Below are positions 49,871-64,000 of a stretch of DNA of 64,000 bases, piece by piece. Every line of letters starts with the position of its first letter. Position 1 is the stretch's first letter. Location: positions 496,001 through 560,000 of the forward strand of contig NEEC01000009.1 in NCBI GenBank assembly GCA_002189035.1, read 5' to 3'. The translations under genes and the position numbers were made by a program. The notes under the pieces were generated by a model. It searched no databases and was not told the DNA's origin. It worked only from the letters and a program-made list of their open reading frames with translations. Source of the stretch: Utricularia gibba. Lineage: Eukaryota; Plantae; Magnoliophyta.

Positions 49871-51524
49871 TATTCATTAATGAAATCATGGATATGGTTC
49901 CATCTCTTTCACAGAATCGAAGGGTGAAGAGTAAAGGATGCTGAATCAAGGGAAAAGAGCAGACTTTTCCCAGGGTCCGAGAAAAAAGAAAGCAACTGTG
50001 GTCGGAGAAATTTGTAGTGTAACTCCTAACTAGAGACTAGTTCTGAGGGAAAAAGTTCGTGTTTTCGGGTTGAGAGCTTAGAGTTGGGGTTGGGAGATGG
50101 GGATGATGAATAGTAGTTGACAACAACATCACGGAAAAAGGAACACAAGAATAGAAAGAAAAGGCAGCATACGAACAGGGGGACCCCCGTTGTTCAATCT
50201 GGTTTCTTTAGCAGCATCCATCAGCCAATTGGCAGCTGTTTCGAGAGTGAAAGCTCTTTTCCTCCAGTGAAATTGATGCTTTTTTCCCCTCTTCTTCCAA
50301 AGAAAAGTTTACATCCGCACCACTTTCCTCTTTACTCATTCCCTTGCAACAACAGCCTCGCCTTCATTTAATCATGTTCAACTCCCCTGCTGAACGAATG
50401 CCTCAGCCTCCACTTGACCAGATCTGCTGCTTCTGTGTATCAGCCAGCATTAGTGTCATATGAAGGAGCTGCTAGAGATGCGCCCACTATGGATAAGACG
50501 TAGGTTGCAGGTTACATGTGTCTTGATCATGTGCGCATGCTTTGAATCTTCCTGATTGGTTGAAAAATGGAATTACCAAGATGACATATTTTAAGCAAAG
50601 TGGTCATAGTAGTTGAGATGCTCCCACACTACGCAGCTACTAGGCAATAGAATACTGCTGAAGGGGGGGTCGTAGAGTGGGAATAGCGAAATAAATGAGG
50701 TTTCAGAAGGAAGCAGTAGTGGCCAGTGTGCCATCCACCAACTTGGCTTTGACTGAGCGGTAAAAGAAAACAGGAAATGTTGCTTATTGTTAAATATGGG
50801 AGGGAGTTTCTCGCTGTCAGCATAAAGCTTTCTGCAGTAGAAGAAGCAGGAAGAAGAAGAAGAAGAAATGGTCCTGTTTACACACAACAGTAACAGCAAG
50901 CAATGCAACCTCTTCGGCTGCAGATAAGCAATACTCCACCTGGAAACCACCTTCCAGTCGACCCAACTAAACTTCCTACTGCTCAGTAGCCCCTGAGGTC
51001 AGTGAATTATATAATTGCAGATGTTCTGCATTGTTGTCTCAAGTTCCTCACCAGTTCATCAAAAAACAAGAACAACACGCATTTCTCAGTCCCTGTCTAC
51101 CTTAGTCTGCTAACACCATGACTAACCATCCTCATTACAGGATAAGAAAAGGCACTGGCGTGGGGTGCACAATAATGGAGAGGGGCCTCCGGTGGCCGAA
51201 ACGTATCGGAAAGTAGGGCTTCCTTACACCCCAATAGCATGGTCCTCCTCCTTGTTGCGGTCCTCACAGCAACTTACGAAAGTTGGCCATTGTCCCATAT
51301 CATTCTCATTATTTTATGTATGAGATGGAGAAATATCCCCATCTTTTAAATTCGCTTGTGATCTTTTTATCTATCTCTTCGTCCCCTTTTATAAGGTGTT
51401 AATGACATCATTTACCTAGTGTTTGGTAGCCTTGTTCTAGCCGCCAACACATGCATACACACTTATGATTTAGAACATTTGTATTATTTCTCAACAGTGT
51501 TTTTAAAATTTTTGCATGTATATT

Positions 51525-52071
51525 TTTTAATGGAAAAATTACGTGAATAATTACTAATATTTACATAAATGATATAATTAATTATCATAAATAAGTGTTT
51601 TGAAACCATTCATAATTGGTCTCGATTATTTAAAAATGTATCAAAAATGATTTCCGATACTTATACAAATGATACAATTAATCACAAATTCTATTTTTTT
51701 TATAATTCAATATTACTATTTTTGATCGGCCATCGACCGCCACTCACCACTGTCGATAGATCGTCGCTCATCACCTGCGTCAAGCGGTGAGTGTGGGGCG
51801 AGTGATGGGTAACGGGCGGCGGGCACAGGCGACACGTGACGGTCGTCGGTCGGTCAGAAAAATAAGAATCAATTTTATCAAAATATAAAATAACGATAAT
51901 CAAATATATTTAGTTTTTTAAATATTGGAGATCAATTGTAACTGTTATTTAAAATACAGGAACAAAAAATGATTAATATAAAAAAATTGTGAACTAAATA
52001 TATCGTTAGATACATCAAAATATAAGGATTAAATATACTAATGAAGAATACTTATGTAATTTTCATTAAAT
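51525..52071. mobile_element. Degenerate fold-back non-autonomous DNA transposon (~550 bp)
   Basis: Left end ttttaatggaaaaattac resembles the reverse complement of gtaattttcattaaat at the right end. Inner tttgatcggccatcgacc pairs loosely with ggtcgtcggtcggtcaga around a GC-rich core. Confidence 0.4.
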
Positions 52072-54579
52072 ATTAGAAACTAATCATGTTTATTCTAAAA
52101 ACAGTAGGGGCGTCTGCAGTGAGTGTCCATTTTTTAATGAAGTGAGTCTTAGATTTATTTTATTTATTTATTTACTTAAATACATATATCAAGCATAATA
52201 TCCTTTTTAATCTATATTTATGAAATATACGCACGAATACATCTGCCTAGCAACTCACATTCACAACTGATTATATTAATTTAATTTTAATTATATAAAA
52301 TATATTTATATAATACAAATATATCATTAATTAAAGTATACTATCCAATATCCCTGTATAGTTTATTTCTTTTAATCACATTGGCCGTCCAATGAAATGA
52401 ATGGTATGCAATTATTAAATAACCCATATTTGACCGTTGACAACGACTCTCAACCGAAACTTACTTTTGACCGCAAGAGCATCGTTATTACCAGCCACGT
52501 GTATTGGTAACCTTTTTCCCCCTTTTTCACCGTGGCATGGGTGACTTTCTGCTTTTAAAAAAAAAGTTTTCAGTTCTAACAGTTTTAACTGCCAGCTATT
52601 CATCAAATGGGCCATCAAGGCCCATGTTCATATACACAAGAAGCTCAAGAGTTTTCGAGGGTGGCCCACTAAACGTCTCAAGTCTCGAATAAAGGAATTC
52701 GAGTTTTTTTTTATAATATTTGTTTACAATTCCAAATAAATGTATATTGAATATACGTATAGTCGATAAATATGTTCGTTAATACATAATTTTATAATAA
52801 TTCTAGTTATATTTTTGAAAACTCTATTCTCACATGAATTTTCTTAATCAAATGAATTTTGATTTAGATTTTATTTAATATAATTTCTTAAAATATAATT
52901 TTTAAAAGTATTTCTAAAAAAGAAGTTAAGGTTTTGCAGTTTTTTAAAAAAAGTAAAAAAAAATTTCTAAATTTTTAGATGTTTTGAAATAAAATTCATT
53001 CATATTTGATAATATGAAAGAATTATTTTAAACCTAAACTTATTTTAAATACACATAATCAATACAATATCATTATAAACACACATTTGTTTTATGCAAT
53101 AAATAAAAATAATTCAAAAATATATCATTAATTGAACTATATAAGTTTACGTGTCACATTCGAATTAGATTTAATATACGGGGTTGGTAAGAGTGTATGG
53201 GGCCTAAGTTGCCAACTCCGGTTTCTAAATGGGACCGGTTGGGTCAGCAACCCGAGTCAAATCCGGTTTGGATCGAATTCGGCTCTGTTATTTATTAATT
53301 TTTTATATTTTTAGAACTTTCCTTAAAAGTCAACACAGAGCAACGTTCCCTCCTCCGGGCGGCGGTGTGGCCGGGATTTGTCTGATTTCTGGTGAATAGG
53401 GGAGTTGAACTGCCGGTCAGCTGGTCAGGCTAAGAACCTAGTTCGGGACCTCGTCTAAGGTTGGCTGGCAATTATCGGGGTGAGTTGTACGGGGGACTGT
53501 GTTTCAGAAAACTGCTTGTCTTCAGTAGAGAAATCATTGCTACATGTATGATGATGCATATGGGGCTAAGGGATATTTGCTGTAGATGTGATTATGGGTT
53601 TTCTCTTTTGGTTTTTTAATGGGCGAAGAACATGGGAGATGTCTGAGTAGTCAGATTTTTTGCCATCGAAGCGGAGTGAAATCAGCGGCGAATAGAGACA
53701 AAGGTATACGAAATTGGTGGAGCCTCGATTCAATCAGATCCTTTGTTTTTTTTCCGTAGGTTCTAACCTTCCACTCTCTCTCTCCCCCCTCTCTCTCTCT
53801 TGTGGGGTGCAGCTGTAGAAAGAGATTCACGATGGTGCTGTGTGAAATCTGTTGCTTCTGCGCCCTTCATTTGGGCGGATAACGCGGTGCCTTTTTTACA
53901 GATCCAAGGGGCCTGAATTGGTCGAGGCGTTTTTCCTCTGCAACCCCCAGCTTTCTTCCTCTTCTTCTTCTTCTTCCGTTGTCTCGTACCCCGCCTAGAG
54001 ATGATCCGCAGCTTTTAGAGATCAGGTTTTTGCATGTCTTGAGGCTCGTTTTGTTCCAGAATGAAGTGGGTTTCGTTAAACAAACATTATGAGTTTGAGA
54101 ACAGCTTGGTGGATGTGTTCTGATATTATTGTCTTGACTCTTGACTCTTGAGTGGTTGAGGGGCTTATCAAGATTTGATTTTTGGTCATCTTTCTTTCAC
54201 CAGGCTTGGCTTATAGCTGTCTCTGTTGTTTTCTGGCTATGCCTAATCTGAACTCTTCTGGGAAATTCTCGGTTCTGCAATGGTGGGTGGACCAATCCAC
54301 CTCATTCACCGCTCTTTTTACCCCCCTTTTTCACCTGATCTTTCACTCCTCGGATTTACCCCAGAATTTTATTCCGTTTTCTGATATTTCGTCACTTGTT
54401 TCCCAGGATATGCAACTCACCAGGCCGTGTCGTCATTTCTTTTTTTTCAACTAGTTGTGTAATGATCCGTTGTTGTACATGATACAGATTTGGATTTCTC
54501 TCTATCCTTTGGGGATACTGAAATAGTGTAGTGATTCAATTTGTTTCCCTCGCCTTACAGGGGAGAAGTCTGAAGATAA

Positions 54580-55647
54580 ATGGATAGTGAAAGTGGGGAG
54601 TTTCGTAAATGGGATGAGCTGCTTCCTGATGCATTAGGCTTGATATTCAAGAATCTTTCTTTACATGAGGTTCTTACAGTGGTGCCAACCGTGTGCAAGG
54701 CATGGGATAGAGCTGTGAATGGTCCTTACTGCTGGCAGGAAATCGACATCGAGGAGTGGAGCAAGAACAGCAAGCCCGAACTCGTTGATAGAATGCTTCA
54801 GTTGCTGGTTAAAAGAAGCTGTGGTTCAATAAGAAAACTTGCGGTTTCTGGGATCTCCAGCGAGCAAAGCATCATGTTCATAGCGAATCAGTGAGTAAAT
54901 CTAGCCCATATCATTTCCATCTGTGAAAGATGGATTCTTTTTGTCTGTTCTCATACTTTTTTCCTATTCTTTCTTCCCTGCAGTGCTCAATCTCTGCAAA
55001 CCTTGCGGCTCCCAAGAAGTGAAATAGACGATTCAATAGTGGTGAAGGCTGCTTATAGGCTGTCAAGCATAACTCATCTGGATTTGAGCTATTGCATCAA
55101 CATTGGAGCTGAAGCGCTCGAAATGATCGGAAAGAACTGCAGTTCTCTCACAAGTTTGAGGCGTGTGATGCACCCTTTGGAGGTGATCGACAAGCTCTCT
55201 CAGGATGACGAAGCTCTGGCCATTGCAAACACGATGCCTCTTCTGCAGCATCTAGAGATTGCCTATCTGCTTGTTGAAACTTTGAGCATCCTCCAAATTC
55301 TCAAAAACTGCAAGAAGCTCGAGCTACTGGATGTACGAGGATGTTGGAAAGTGAATTTGGATGACAAGCTGCTGAACCAGTTCCCCAAGTTGAAAGTTGT
55401 TGGACCCCTGGTTCTTGATTGCTATGATGTGAGTGGCTGGGACAACTGCTCCGACTACTCGAGCTCATCGGGTTATCTCGCATGGGACTTCGTTGCAGGT
55501 AATCTGGAGGATGACGACGACTATGACTACGATCCAGAGATGGTAGATGAGTTCTGGGAAGATCAGCAGGCCATTGAGGAAGTTGAAATGTGGTTTTATG
55601 ATGATTTCAATGCAGATCCTGGTCATGACTGGCCTCTGTCTCCATGA
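54580..55647 (+). CDS. FBW2: F-box/LRR protein FBW2-like
   Basis: Exons 54580-54890 and 54984-55647. F-box EFRKWDELLPDALGLIF...VCKAWDRAVNGPYCWQEIDI, LRRs, MHPLEV...DDEALAIANTMP, and an acidic tail ending WPLSP. Confidence 0.9.
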
Positions 55648-55792
55648 ACCCTCATGCGTACATTTCTTCTTCATGTTGTGTATTATGATGATACCTACCT
55701 CTTGAATAAGAAAGACATTTTTGGAGAATCCTGCTACTTGTTGTGAAACAACCAATTCATCAGAACATTTTTGGACAGAGCTTGAAGCTCAG

Positions 55793-58169
55793 CTATGGAG
55801 TGGCAGCTGAAAACTCAGCTCGATAAGCGCTCTCATCTGCGATCACTGGAGGTATTACCCACGTTCCAAGTGGAGAGCCACCAGTTCTCATTGTTCCTGA
55901 ACGACCACAAGAAACCTACCAAAGTTATTATTACCATTTTCCCCAAGGCTTGAAGATGATAGCTTTTACCTACCTTCTTTAGTAGCTTCTTCACATCTTT
56001 TCTGGTACATAGTCAACAGTTCAGGAGGTAGTAGTTGAGATAGTTGAGCATACTTTTCTTCCTCTTGTGTAATGAACTTTGCCTGCATTGTGAGTTCTGC
56101 TGTTTAACTAAAGCAAAACGCAGCTCAGTGAAAATATGGCATATTCTATGTTCAGGTTTCACAAACACACCATCATGACTGAAGCAGACGAGGGTCCATA
56201 GTATTTAACGAACATGCGCAGAATGTTGAAGCTGTTTTCCAGGATATCTTCCTATCAAAACCATGAACACCAAATGAAATACAGTAGCAAGCAAGTGTAC
56301 TAAAAAAGCTGAATGAGGATCAAGGAATCTCGCCTCGTAGTCGAACCTGCACCATCAGTCCATGCTTGTCTTGTGCAGAATGAAATGGAACATGTTCACG
56401 GCAGAAATATGCAGTTTATGGGGTAACAGGAAACATGCTGATGAATGAAGGGAGCCTAGCAGTTCAAAACAGATTTACTCACAGATCATCCGAGACTTCA
56501 ACGAGCAACTCTGAGACAGACAAGAAGTCCATGTGCAGATCATTTACTGCTTCTCCTTTTAGCTGATACAGCAAAAGGTTCAACACGCGGTAGTCGAAAG
56601 ACTTCAAACGGATTGCCTTTGTCACATCTTGAATAGATATCTGTACAAGGATCTTTATAAGAGAAAGCCAACTGTGGCACCAACCCCATATTCAACATAT
56701 GGGCTTGATCTTGAACTATTCTTGGATGATTACCTTTTCGTTTTTTGCTAAAGCATGACAAAGTTTTCTTTCCAGTGACCAGTATTCTTCTCCAAATCTA
56801 AGCTCTTCCTTGATCCTAAAAACGAATGCATTAATTAAATGAGAGTGGTCACTTAATAACAGAAGGAGAAATTGGAGTATCATGAAAAGGATTAAAGATA
56901 ATATACTGAACCTATTTGTGAGAAGCCCATATCGTTCCAGTATTACAAGGAGTGGTCTGAAAGGTTGCTTCCCAAGCATTGTAGAGAACTTAGCATCAAG
57001 ACTTGCTCCATCTTCCTGATCACCAGTAGAAATTCATGGCGTATCCTAGAAAATTAGGTGAGACTCTGGATAGCTATCCAACTCTCACCTCAAAATTCGA
57101 GGCATCTCTTGGCACGCGTAGCAGTTTCTCATTTAAACTATCCAACTGTATCACCCGAATATTGGAGTATATGAAGCATGAGAATATTGTGTGTGTCTGA
57201 GGAACAACCATGTTTATGAATCTGCAATAAGATCCCCCTACCTGATAAATATAGCTTTCAGTGAAAGACAGCAAAGGGAGATACTTGAAAACAGTTTCTG
57301 GATGGTTAGCGTCCATGCTATGAAACATAAAATATGACCTGCACTGAAGATTTCAAGGAGAGGGTCAAAATCACCAAATTTTGTCATCAAAAGATAAATG
57401 AAGCAGTGAGAATATCCAATAGGCTAACTGCACGAGACAAGGGTGCCAATCAACATTCTAGAGAATATGTGCGTCTTACAAAATCCTCTAAACTCGAATT
57501 TGAGCGCATCATTGCATCCAAGCACACCACAGCCTCCTCCCCAAATAAACTGGAAGAAGGACCCTCGTTTGCCTTATCATCAACACGTACTTTTTCTTGC
57601 TCTTTAACTCGGATGTCTCCTGGAAAACATCTGACTTGAAATGATCCTTTATGAAGTAACATGAACAGATCAATAATACTATACCATCTAGGAAACCTTG
57701 TAGGTCACCCAACAAACTTGATATCTGGAGGAGAAATTTAGATAACAAAAAAGCGATCTTTGAACAATTTGATGAATCATAAAACCCAAAAAACAGCAAA
57801 AGGTGCAAAGAAGTGAAGGCTAACTTTAGATATGTTCCGTGAAACCAATTGGCATTTGGATGTAAGATCAAGCTGACCGCCACCTTGCACCTGAAAGAGA
57901 AAGGGCCTGTAATTCAAGTACCTTTGAAAACCTAGTTCTGTAAATGAAATTAAGCAACGACATTTAATCTACTCCACCCCAAACCATAAAATCTTGTGAG
58001 TTCCAAGCCCTAGATACTTAAAAGAACAGAAAAACGGAGACTTGCGTACCAAAAAGAAGGCAAAATCAGCAAGGAAGCGCTCGGCATCGGGATTTTCTTC
58101 GCAGACACCCGAGGAACGCAGAAAATGTATTGCTCTTTGCACGCTTTCAAGTTTCTCCAAGCCTTCCAT
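55793..58169 (-). CDS. Conserved plant protein of unknown function (At5g10320-like)
   Basis: Multi-exon gene: MEGLEKLESVQ...RFLADF, LDAMMRSNSSLEDFCRSYFMFH, FKYLPLLSFTESYIYQ, EYWSLERKLCHAL, YQKRCEEATKEG and LGTWVIPPVIADE...TP*. Confidence 0.85.
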
Positions 58170-58530
58170 CTTCACAACGCCTTAAGAAACTGGGAAAGTG
58201 AAGAAAGCAAAACTTGCGCTTTTTGAGTAACGGGTTGTTGATCCTACAGTGAAGACTTCATCCGGTGGCCAGTATCCGTAAACGGGAGGGAACACGCCTC
58301 TAGAGTAATGAGAATGGCCGATTGGGAAGCAAGGATGTAAGAACATCGATAATTCAAAACTGGCATAAAATTTTACAAACACATCAGCTTTCAACGTTCG
58401 AAAGGCTCTTCCTTACTACAAAAAGGTGCTTCTTCCATCAACTAAGTTACAAGACAACGGTTGCCTGCCACTTCTTGGGAGTCATTTCATTCAGAAATTT
58501 ACACCCGGTGATTGAATTGGATCGGAAAGT

Positions 58531-59742
58531 CTACGGTTTGTTGTTCCCTTCTTTTCGGGATGGCACTGCCTGCATCTGCTCAATTTTAGAATCTGCTGCT
58601 TCATCCCTGGATGAAAAGGCGAGGACTTCTTTAACCGCCTCCTTATTATGAACGTTTGTGGGCGAATCTCCCCACAACTTACTGGTTTTCCCAATTGCAA
58701 GAATAAGCTCAAGCTGCTTTTGCTGTTGCTCCTGCACAGCCAAAACTAATAACTGTACAAGACGACACACAAGTACAAATCTTTCTTGATAATATAACTC
58801 TTTAGAAACCACAGAAAACTGGCTTAAAAAATGTTGAAGGCTAATATACCTGCATGGCGATAAGAACCTTTTGAATTTCAACAAGCTCCCTCTCCAGGAC
58901 ATCATCTTGGGCAGCTAATACATGAGTAGCATCTGAAGTTTTCTGTGCCAATGCTGCAGTCTGAATACAAAGAGAGAGATTATTTTTGTTTCTAAAAAAC
59001 CCTTGATCATAGACAACATTTGCTTCCAAAATCAAACACTGCATTCATCTTCTACCAAGGATCCTAAGCTTTGTTTCTCAGAGAAGTATCGTATCTCAAA
59101 TTGGTTCAATGCCATTTTGCGTTTCTAGGAATTTCGAGAAATTACCTCAGCAATTGGTTCCCTGAGAGTCTTCCTAGACACCCGAAACCGAATCCCAAGC
59201 TTCTCAACGCGCCTCGACAACGCGTGAATAACAGCCGTGCAGCTACGCAAATCCTGCTCCAGTTTCTCTACTCTGTCCAACAAATTATTCCCAGAAGCTG
59301 GACCAGCACCACAAATTCTCCTCCACTGCCGACCCCTGATCAGCACACCCGCCATCAGCCCGAACACCAAAATCACACACTGGCAAGCTAAAACCTTGCT
59401 CCCCAGAATCCCAATTGTTCCTCCACTGGGCAAACAACATTTCACAGCCACGTAAACACACACCGCCGCAGAAGAAGCTAAACTCAGAAACTCAAACCCA
59501 GAAAGAAAAACATAGAAGTTATCATTTTTACTTTCCACCCGTTTACTGGAAGCTTCCAATTTTTCATCGGCGTAGGCAACGACTCTACGAGCAGCCAATA
59601 ACCGACGGCGAGCTACGGAATCGAGGTTTGCGATCCCAGGAAAATTGGGATCACGGAATTTCTGGAGATAGGTCTGAAATAGATGGATAGTCGACGATGT
59701 GGCATGCTTGCTCCTCAAGACGCCATGGAACACGAGCGCCAT
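58531..59742 (-). CDS. Conserved membrane/coiled-coil protein of unknown function (At5g65250-like)
   Basis: Three exons: IRGRQWRRIC...RVEKLEQDLRS...LSRRVEKLGIRFRVSRKTLREPIAE|TAALAQK...LVEIQKVLIAMQ|EQQQKQLELIL. Confidence 0.87.
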
Positions 59743-59809
59743 CGACACAACTGGCGACCTCTCCGACCAAAGGCTCCCGTTGTACGCTAGATCGTCAGGT
59801 ATTCATAAT

Positions 59810-59880
59810 GAGCCCAACTAATTGGGCCAAACATTTAATCCATTGGGCCTTATGTGGTTTAAGGGTCCAAGTAGCCCATA
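59810..59880. promoter_or_regulatory. Site II (TGGGCY/RGCCCA) cluster upstream of the At5g65250-like gene
   Basis: gagccca, tgggcc (twice) and agccca lie within about 70 bp, 70-140 bp upstream of the ATG. Confidence 0.5.
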
Positions 59881-61419
59881 TCCCATTTTTTTGTTAATTA
59901 TTTAAAGAAAATAATAATAATAAATAAATAAGTACCTATTGGTAGGTGACAGTTATGAGTAGGTTAATTTGCAATGTAGCTCACTACAAAAATTATATGG
60001 GCTATATAATCTTAATTGATAAATATTTGTGAAGTGGTACTATTTAGTGTAGCTATTTACTAAATAGTTTTACTTTTAATATAATATATTTAGTATAATA
60101 AAAATAATTAATTTTTATTTAAAAATTGTAATATATAACTAAATATATATGATATATGATATTTTTTTTTAATTTTATATAATCTATATTTTATTTTATA
60201 TTCTTATTTATACCAAAATTATAATTAATGATGTATGTAAAATAATTTATGCGTGTGGCTTATCATTCGTATAAATGTATATTATTCTATGAACATGATT
60301 TATAGAATTACCAACATCTGCATATAAATCATTTTACGTGTGTAGCTTATCATACGTAATGATGATATAAGATTGGAGGTGAGAATATCTCATACGCACG
60401 TTGTTTATGCTATCACTAAAAAATTTTCCGATTTTTTCAATTATTGTCATTTAAATTTATATTTGTTTTGTCATTTCATAATATATAAATACGTTAAAGA
60501 TTTTTTCGATGTTTTGGAAATTTCATTCAATTCCCAATATTCGAGTAACATATATTTAACAATGAAAATATCAATTTGTCCTACAATGAGGGTGAAAGTT
60601 TATATATTCTTTTATCGTCTTGCATCAATATGTCGGATGTAAACTATAAAATTATTGATTTTATTGGATATTTTAGTAACTATTATTTTTTTATATTTAT
60701 AATAATTAATTGCATTCTAAATGTATCACTAAGTTTTCAATTTTCATTTTTTAAACTATGATGACAATCCTAGTGTGAACGTTACTACAAAATATTACTT
60801 AAAATGTAAATTTAGTGATATTAAGTGTAAATATATGAAATTGTTGTTATTGACTTTTTTTTGAAAATATGGTTGATTTCGATGATGATAGTGGAGACAT
60901 CTCATATAGTACAATTTCTTAAATCTTATTCTCGATAGTTCTTTGGGATGTTCCATAAGACAGAAATACCATGTTTCCAAAATAATTCGATAACACTTTC
61001 ATGTCCAAGAAAACAATTTGTAATTTTTAAGAAAAACACTAATGAATTTTGGTTGTTGGCAATTACGAATCTTGCAAACCGCAATGTTTTAGAAAAAATG
61101 AAAGTTAGATCTTCTTTTTTTGTGCCACACTGACATAGTTTATGAAATAAGCGAGATTTATATGGTTTTTATTTTTATTATTTAGAATTATATGTTATAT
61201 TAAATAAATGATTAGTTACATCTATATTATTTATACATATATTTGTTATTCTTATATATTTTCATAAATAATGAATTAATTATATCTATATTATTTATAT
61301 ATATTCATTACATTTATTTGGATGTGTTAAATATTCAAACACATTCCTCAAATATCTCAATTCTGAATATATATTCTCTCTATCTCTTTACAATGTTAAA
61401 TTCTATTTCATTTGTGAAC

Positions 61420-64000
61420 ATGCGAGTATTCTATGGTGGTAACATAGTACAATTGGTTTATAGTCATAGAGTATTATTAGGATGTGCTAGAATGTCTTTG
61501 ATTAAAAAGGTTTATGAACTCCAAGACACTTACATGATGCATATATGAAATAATCGATATATATCTGACACATTTTCCAAGTAGTGATGTTCGTTTAATA
61601 ATAAAAAGGTTCTATATAGACATCTTATTATATAGCTCTCTCAGATAATGAGTACTACGATTTCTATTTCAATCCAATAATACTTAGTGTGGTGTTAGAC
61701 ATTTTTTGTGATATGTGAGCTAATATCGAATTTTCAAGTATCCACATTCAATAATATTGGATTGTATATGATGATGTTGATTTTTTTATGGGCATGAACA
61801 CTCATATAATGACTCAATAATATTGGATAGCATATGATGATTCTGATTTTTTATGGGCATGGACACTCATATGATGATTCTGATTGTCATAGACAATGCT
61901 ACTGACTTCTATGACACATGTAAGCAGTCGTCAGTATCTACGAACACTATTTCCACCAAAATCTGATAACGATGCTTTACTATCGTTGGATAGTGAACCG
62001 ATATCGGAAATACTTTGAAGCAATGACAACACAATACCCTTAATTGATCATGAAAATGAATAATACAAGAAATATAGTTCAAATAAGTAGAGTTTATTAT
62101 TGTGCTAAGACTCTATGAACTATTCGAAGTTTGTTGTGATATACAACATAGTGATGAATGAATCCATTTACATGTCGGGCTCACAAAAGATTAAAAAAAG
62201 TAATATATGATTGGTGGCCAAATGTTGACTAACGTGGTTGATGGTTCCCCTCTATTTATAGAGGAGAACATTTTCTACAAATGAATATCGAAACATCAGC
62301 ATTTGATTAGTCTTTTAGAGTGAGTTTGTTAGAAATTCAGTTTCGAAGGGTAGAAAAGGAAAAAAAAGGAAAACAATTTTTTTTCCTATTCGTATTTCTC
62401 ACCTCATAGAGTTTTCGGAAAGAAAGTGGAAAGAGAGAATAAAACCCATTAGTTTATCAAATCCCTTTGTATTCATTGTGGTAAATAGTGAATTTTTCTC
62501 AGAGTTGGTTGTGGATGTAGCACTTATTTTAAGGTAAACCATATTAACTTTTGGTGTTTATTTTCTTGATTTTATAATTAAATTTATTGTATGGTATCGA
62601 TTGCATACAAACCATAGGTACTATGAACCTACGTCGTGGACTTACACTTGTACCGAAAGCCAAAGTTGTTGCAATTGCCAATTACTCGGTGTTTGTTGCC
62701 ATACGAGAATTTGCTATAAAATGCAATAGCAACTCCAAGTATGAGCTAATTTGTCATAAATTATTTTAAAGTAAATCGCACTATTATTAGAAAATGTATT
62801 ATAGCCATAGTAATATGAAAAGTATATGGAAGATCACATAGCTAATATAACATCAAACTTGCAATATATTTTGTATTTTCACAACAAGACGTGTGAATTT
62901 GAGAAAATACTTTTTGACCCATAGCCTGATTGAATGGTAAGAGATTGGTTGTGAATTAGATTGACTACGATATAGCGATTCATCTAAATGCAATTCCAAT
63001 TTAAGATATTGTACTCAAAGGCATAGTGTATTCTGATACGAGCATAGGAGCTAGTTTATGGTACATAGGAGCAATCTATCATTGAATTGCCTGAATATCT
63101 CTTAAAGTGCAATGATTAAATGTAGATACTATTGGTACATTTAAAAATACTCGTGGAAGACAAGAGGAACATCTATTGCATTGCGTTTTCTGGGCCTTTT
63201 GACCGTACGCTGCAAGTTACAAGCATTATCGTCCGATGATATAGGTAGACGAGACACACTTATATGTTAAATATAACTATAAATTATTTGTTATTGTGGT
63301 CATAGATGCCGAAGTTCATTGTTTCCCTGTGTTATGAAAATGGTTCCTACACCTATTAAATGTGCATGTTGTCCACAATTGCCATCCAATATACGTAATT
63401 AATAATGAGAGAGTCAGATTGGTAGATACTTTAAAAACGGTCTTGACATTTCGACTATCTAATGGGATTTATCATTTCTACCTATGACATGTGGGGTCGA
63501 ACTGTATTATATATAATAGAAACAAAAATCTACGTATCTTAGCATAGGTCGCCGGATCTACACCACATGTTGAAGAATTCAATCGTATGATGGAGAGAAT
63601 ATATCACATACATTCAGTAGGATAGCAGTATTTAATAGACATTCCATTGGAAATATAGACATTATCGCATGATTGAGGTGCAAGATTCACTTGTTTTATT
63701 TTTTGCAAACTACATGCTCTATTAATTTTCAACTCTACTTCCATGTATGACTTCCGCTTCTTAATTTCCAAATTCGATATTATAACTACAAACCACGCCA
63801 AAACGATAAATGGAATTTTTCGAGGAGAGCATCGTTTGTTGTGTATATCTATTGTGTATATCTACACCTCAATTTTTTTGAGATAACTTCTTTAACTACT
63901 CTTTTGATAAATGTAGTCATCATTCAATAAAACAAATGAATACTTTGCATACAGGATGGCCGCAGCTCATCAAATAACTCAATAACAAATTAAGTTTGCA
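61420..64000 (+). mobile_element. Old, heavily decayed Mutator-like transposase region
   Basis: 63170-63330 translates to LHCVFWAF...KHYRPMI*VDETHLYVKYNYKLFVIVVID, the same MULE DDE motif as at ~47190-47310. The surrounding DNA is AT-rich with broken frames; ends are not defined. Confidence 0.55.
62327..62610 (+). mobile_element. Possible solo-LTR-like fragment nested in the decayed MULE
   Basis: Begins tgttagaaattc and contains gtggatgtag...aaccatattaac..gtgtt, a motif style common in copia LTR U5 regions. The 3' end is not defined. Confidence 0.3.

Noticed and set aside
53548-53646. Box C (ATGATGA) and box D (CTGA) pair in the FBW2 leader intron
   Set aside because: The terminal stem is weak and no rRNA or snRNA complementarity was recognised; such motifs occur by chance.

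Overview
Plant nuclear DNA from a compact eudicot genome with short introns; the species cannot be determined from sequence alone. There are about 14 protein genes: a VQ protein, two DYW-type PPRs, a TTL-like TPR-thioredoxin, PLAT, inositol polyphosphate 5-phosphatase (BST1/IP5P5-like), Em (LEA1), MIPS, CSI1, an LRR-II receptor kinase, EPFL1, FBW2 and two conserved unknown proteins. The window also holds one tRNA-Trp(CCA), an Ole e 1-like pseudogene and many transposon remnants. Five observations stand out. (1) A young, rearranged Ty1/copia element at 14000-18142 has three LTR copies and a ~1.14 kb near-perfect inverted repeat; it could make hairpin RNA, like the maize Mu killer locus. (2) A complete 3.8 kb Mutator element at 45244-49045 (TIRs, degenerate TSD, dead transposase) has captured an exon of a ZIP metal transporter. 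(3) A tRNA-Trp sits in sense in the 286 bp gap between a receptor kinase stop codon and a PPR start codon. (4) The Em gene is intronless. (5) Recurrent 1-nt frameshifts, mostly at homopolymers in conserved genes, are probably assembly errors. All alignments and counts were done by eye, and Arabidopsis locus IDs are recalled from memory and need checking.
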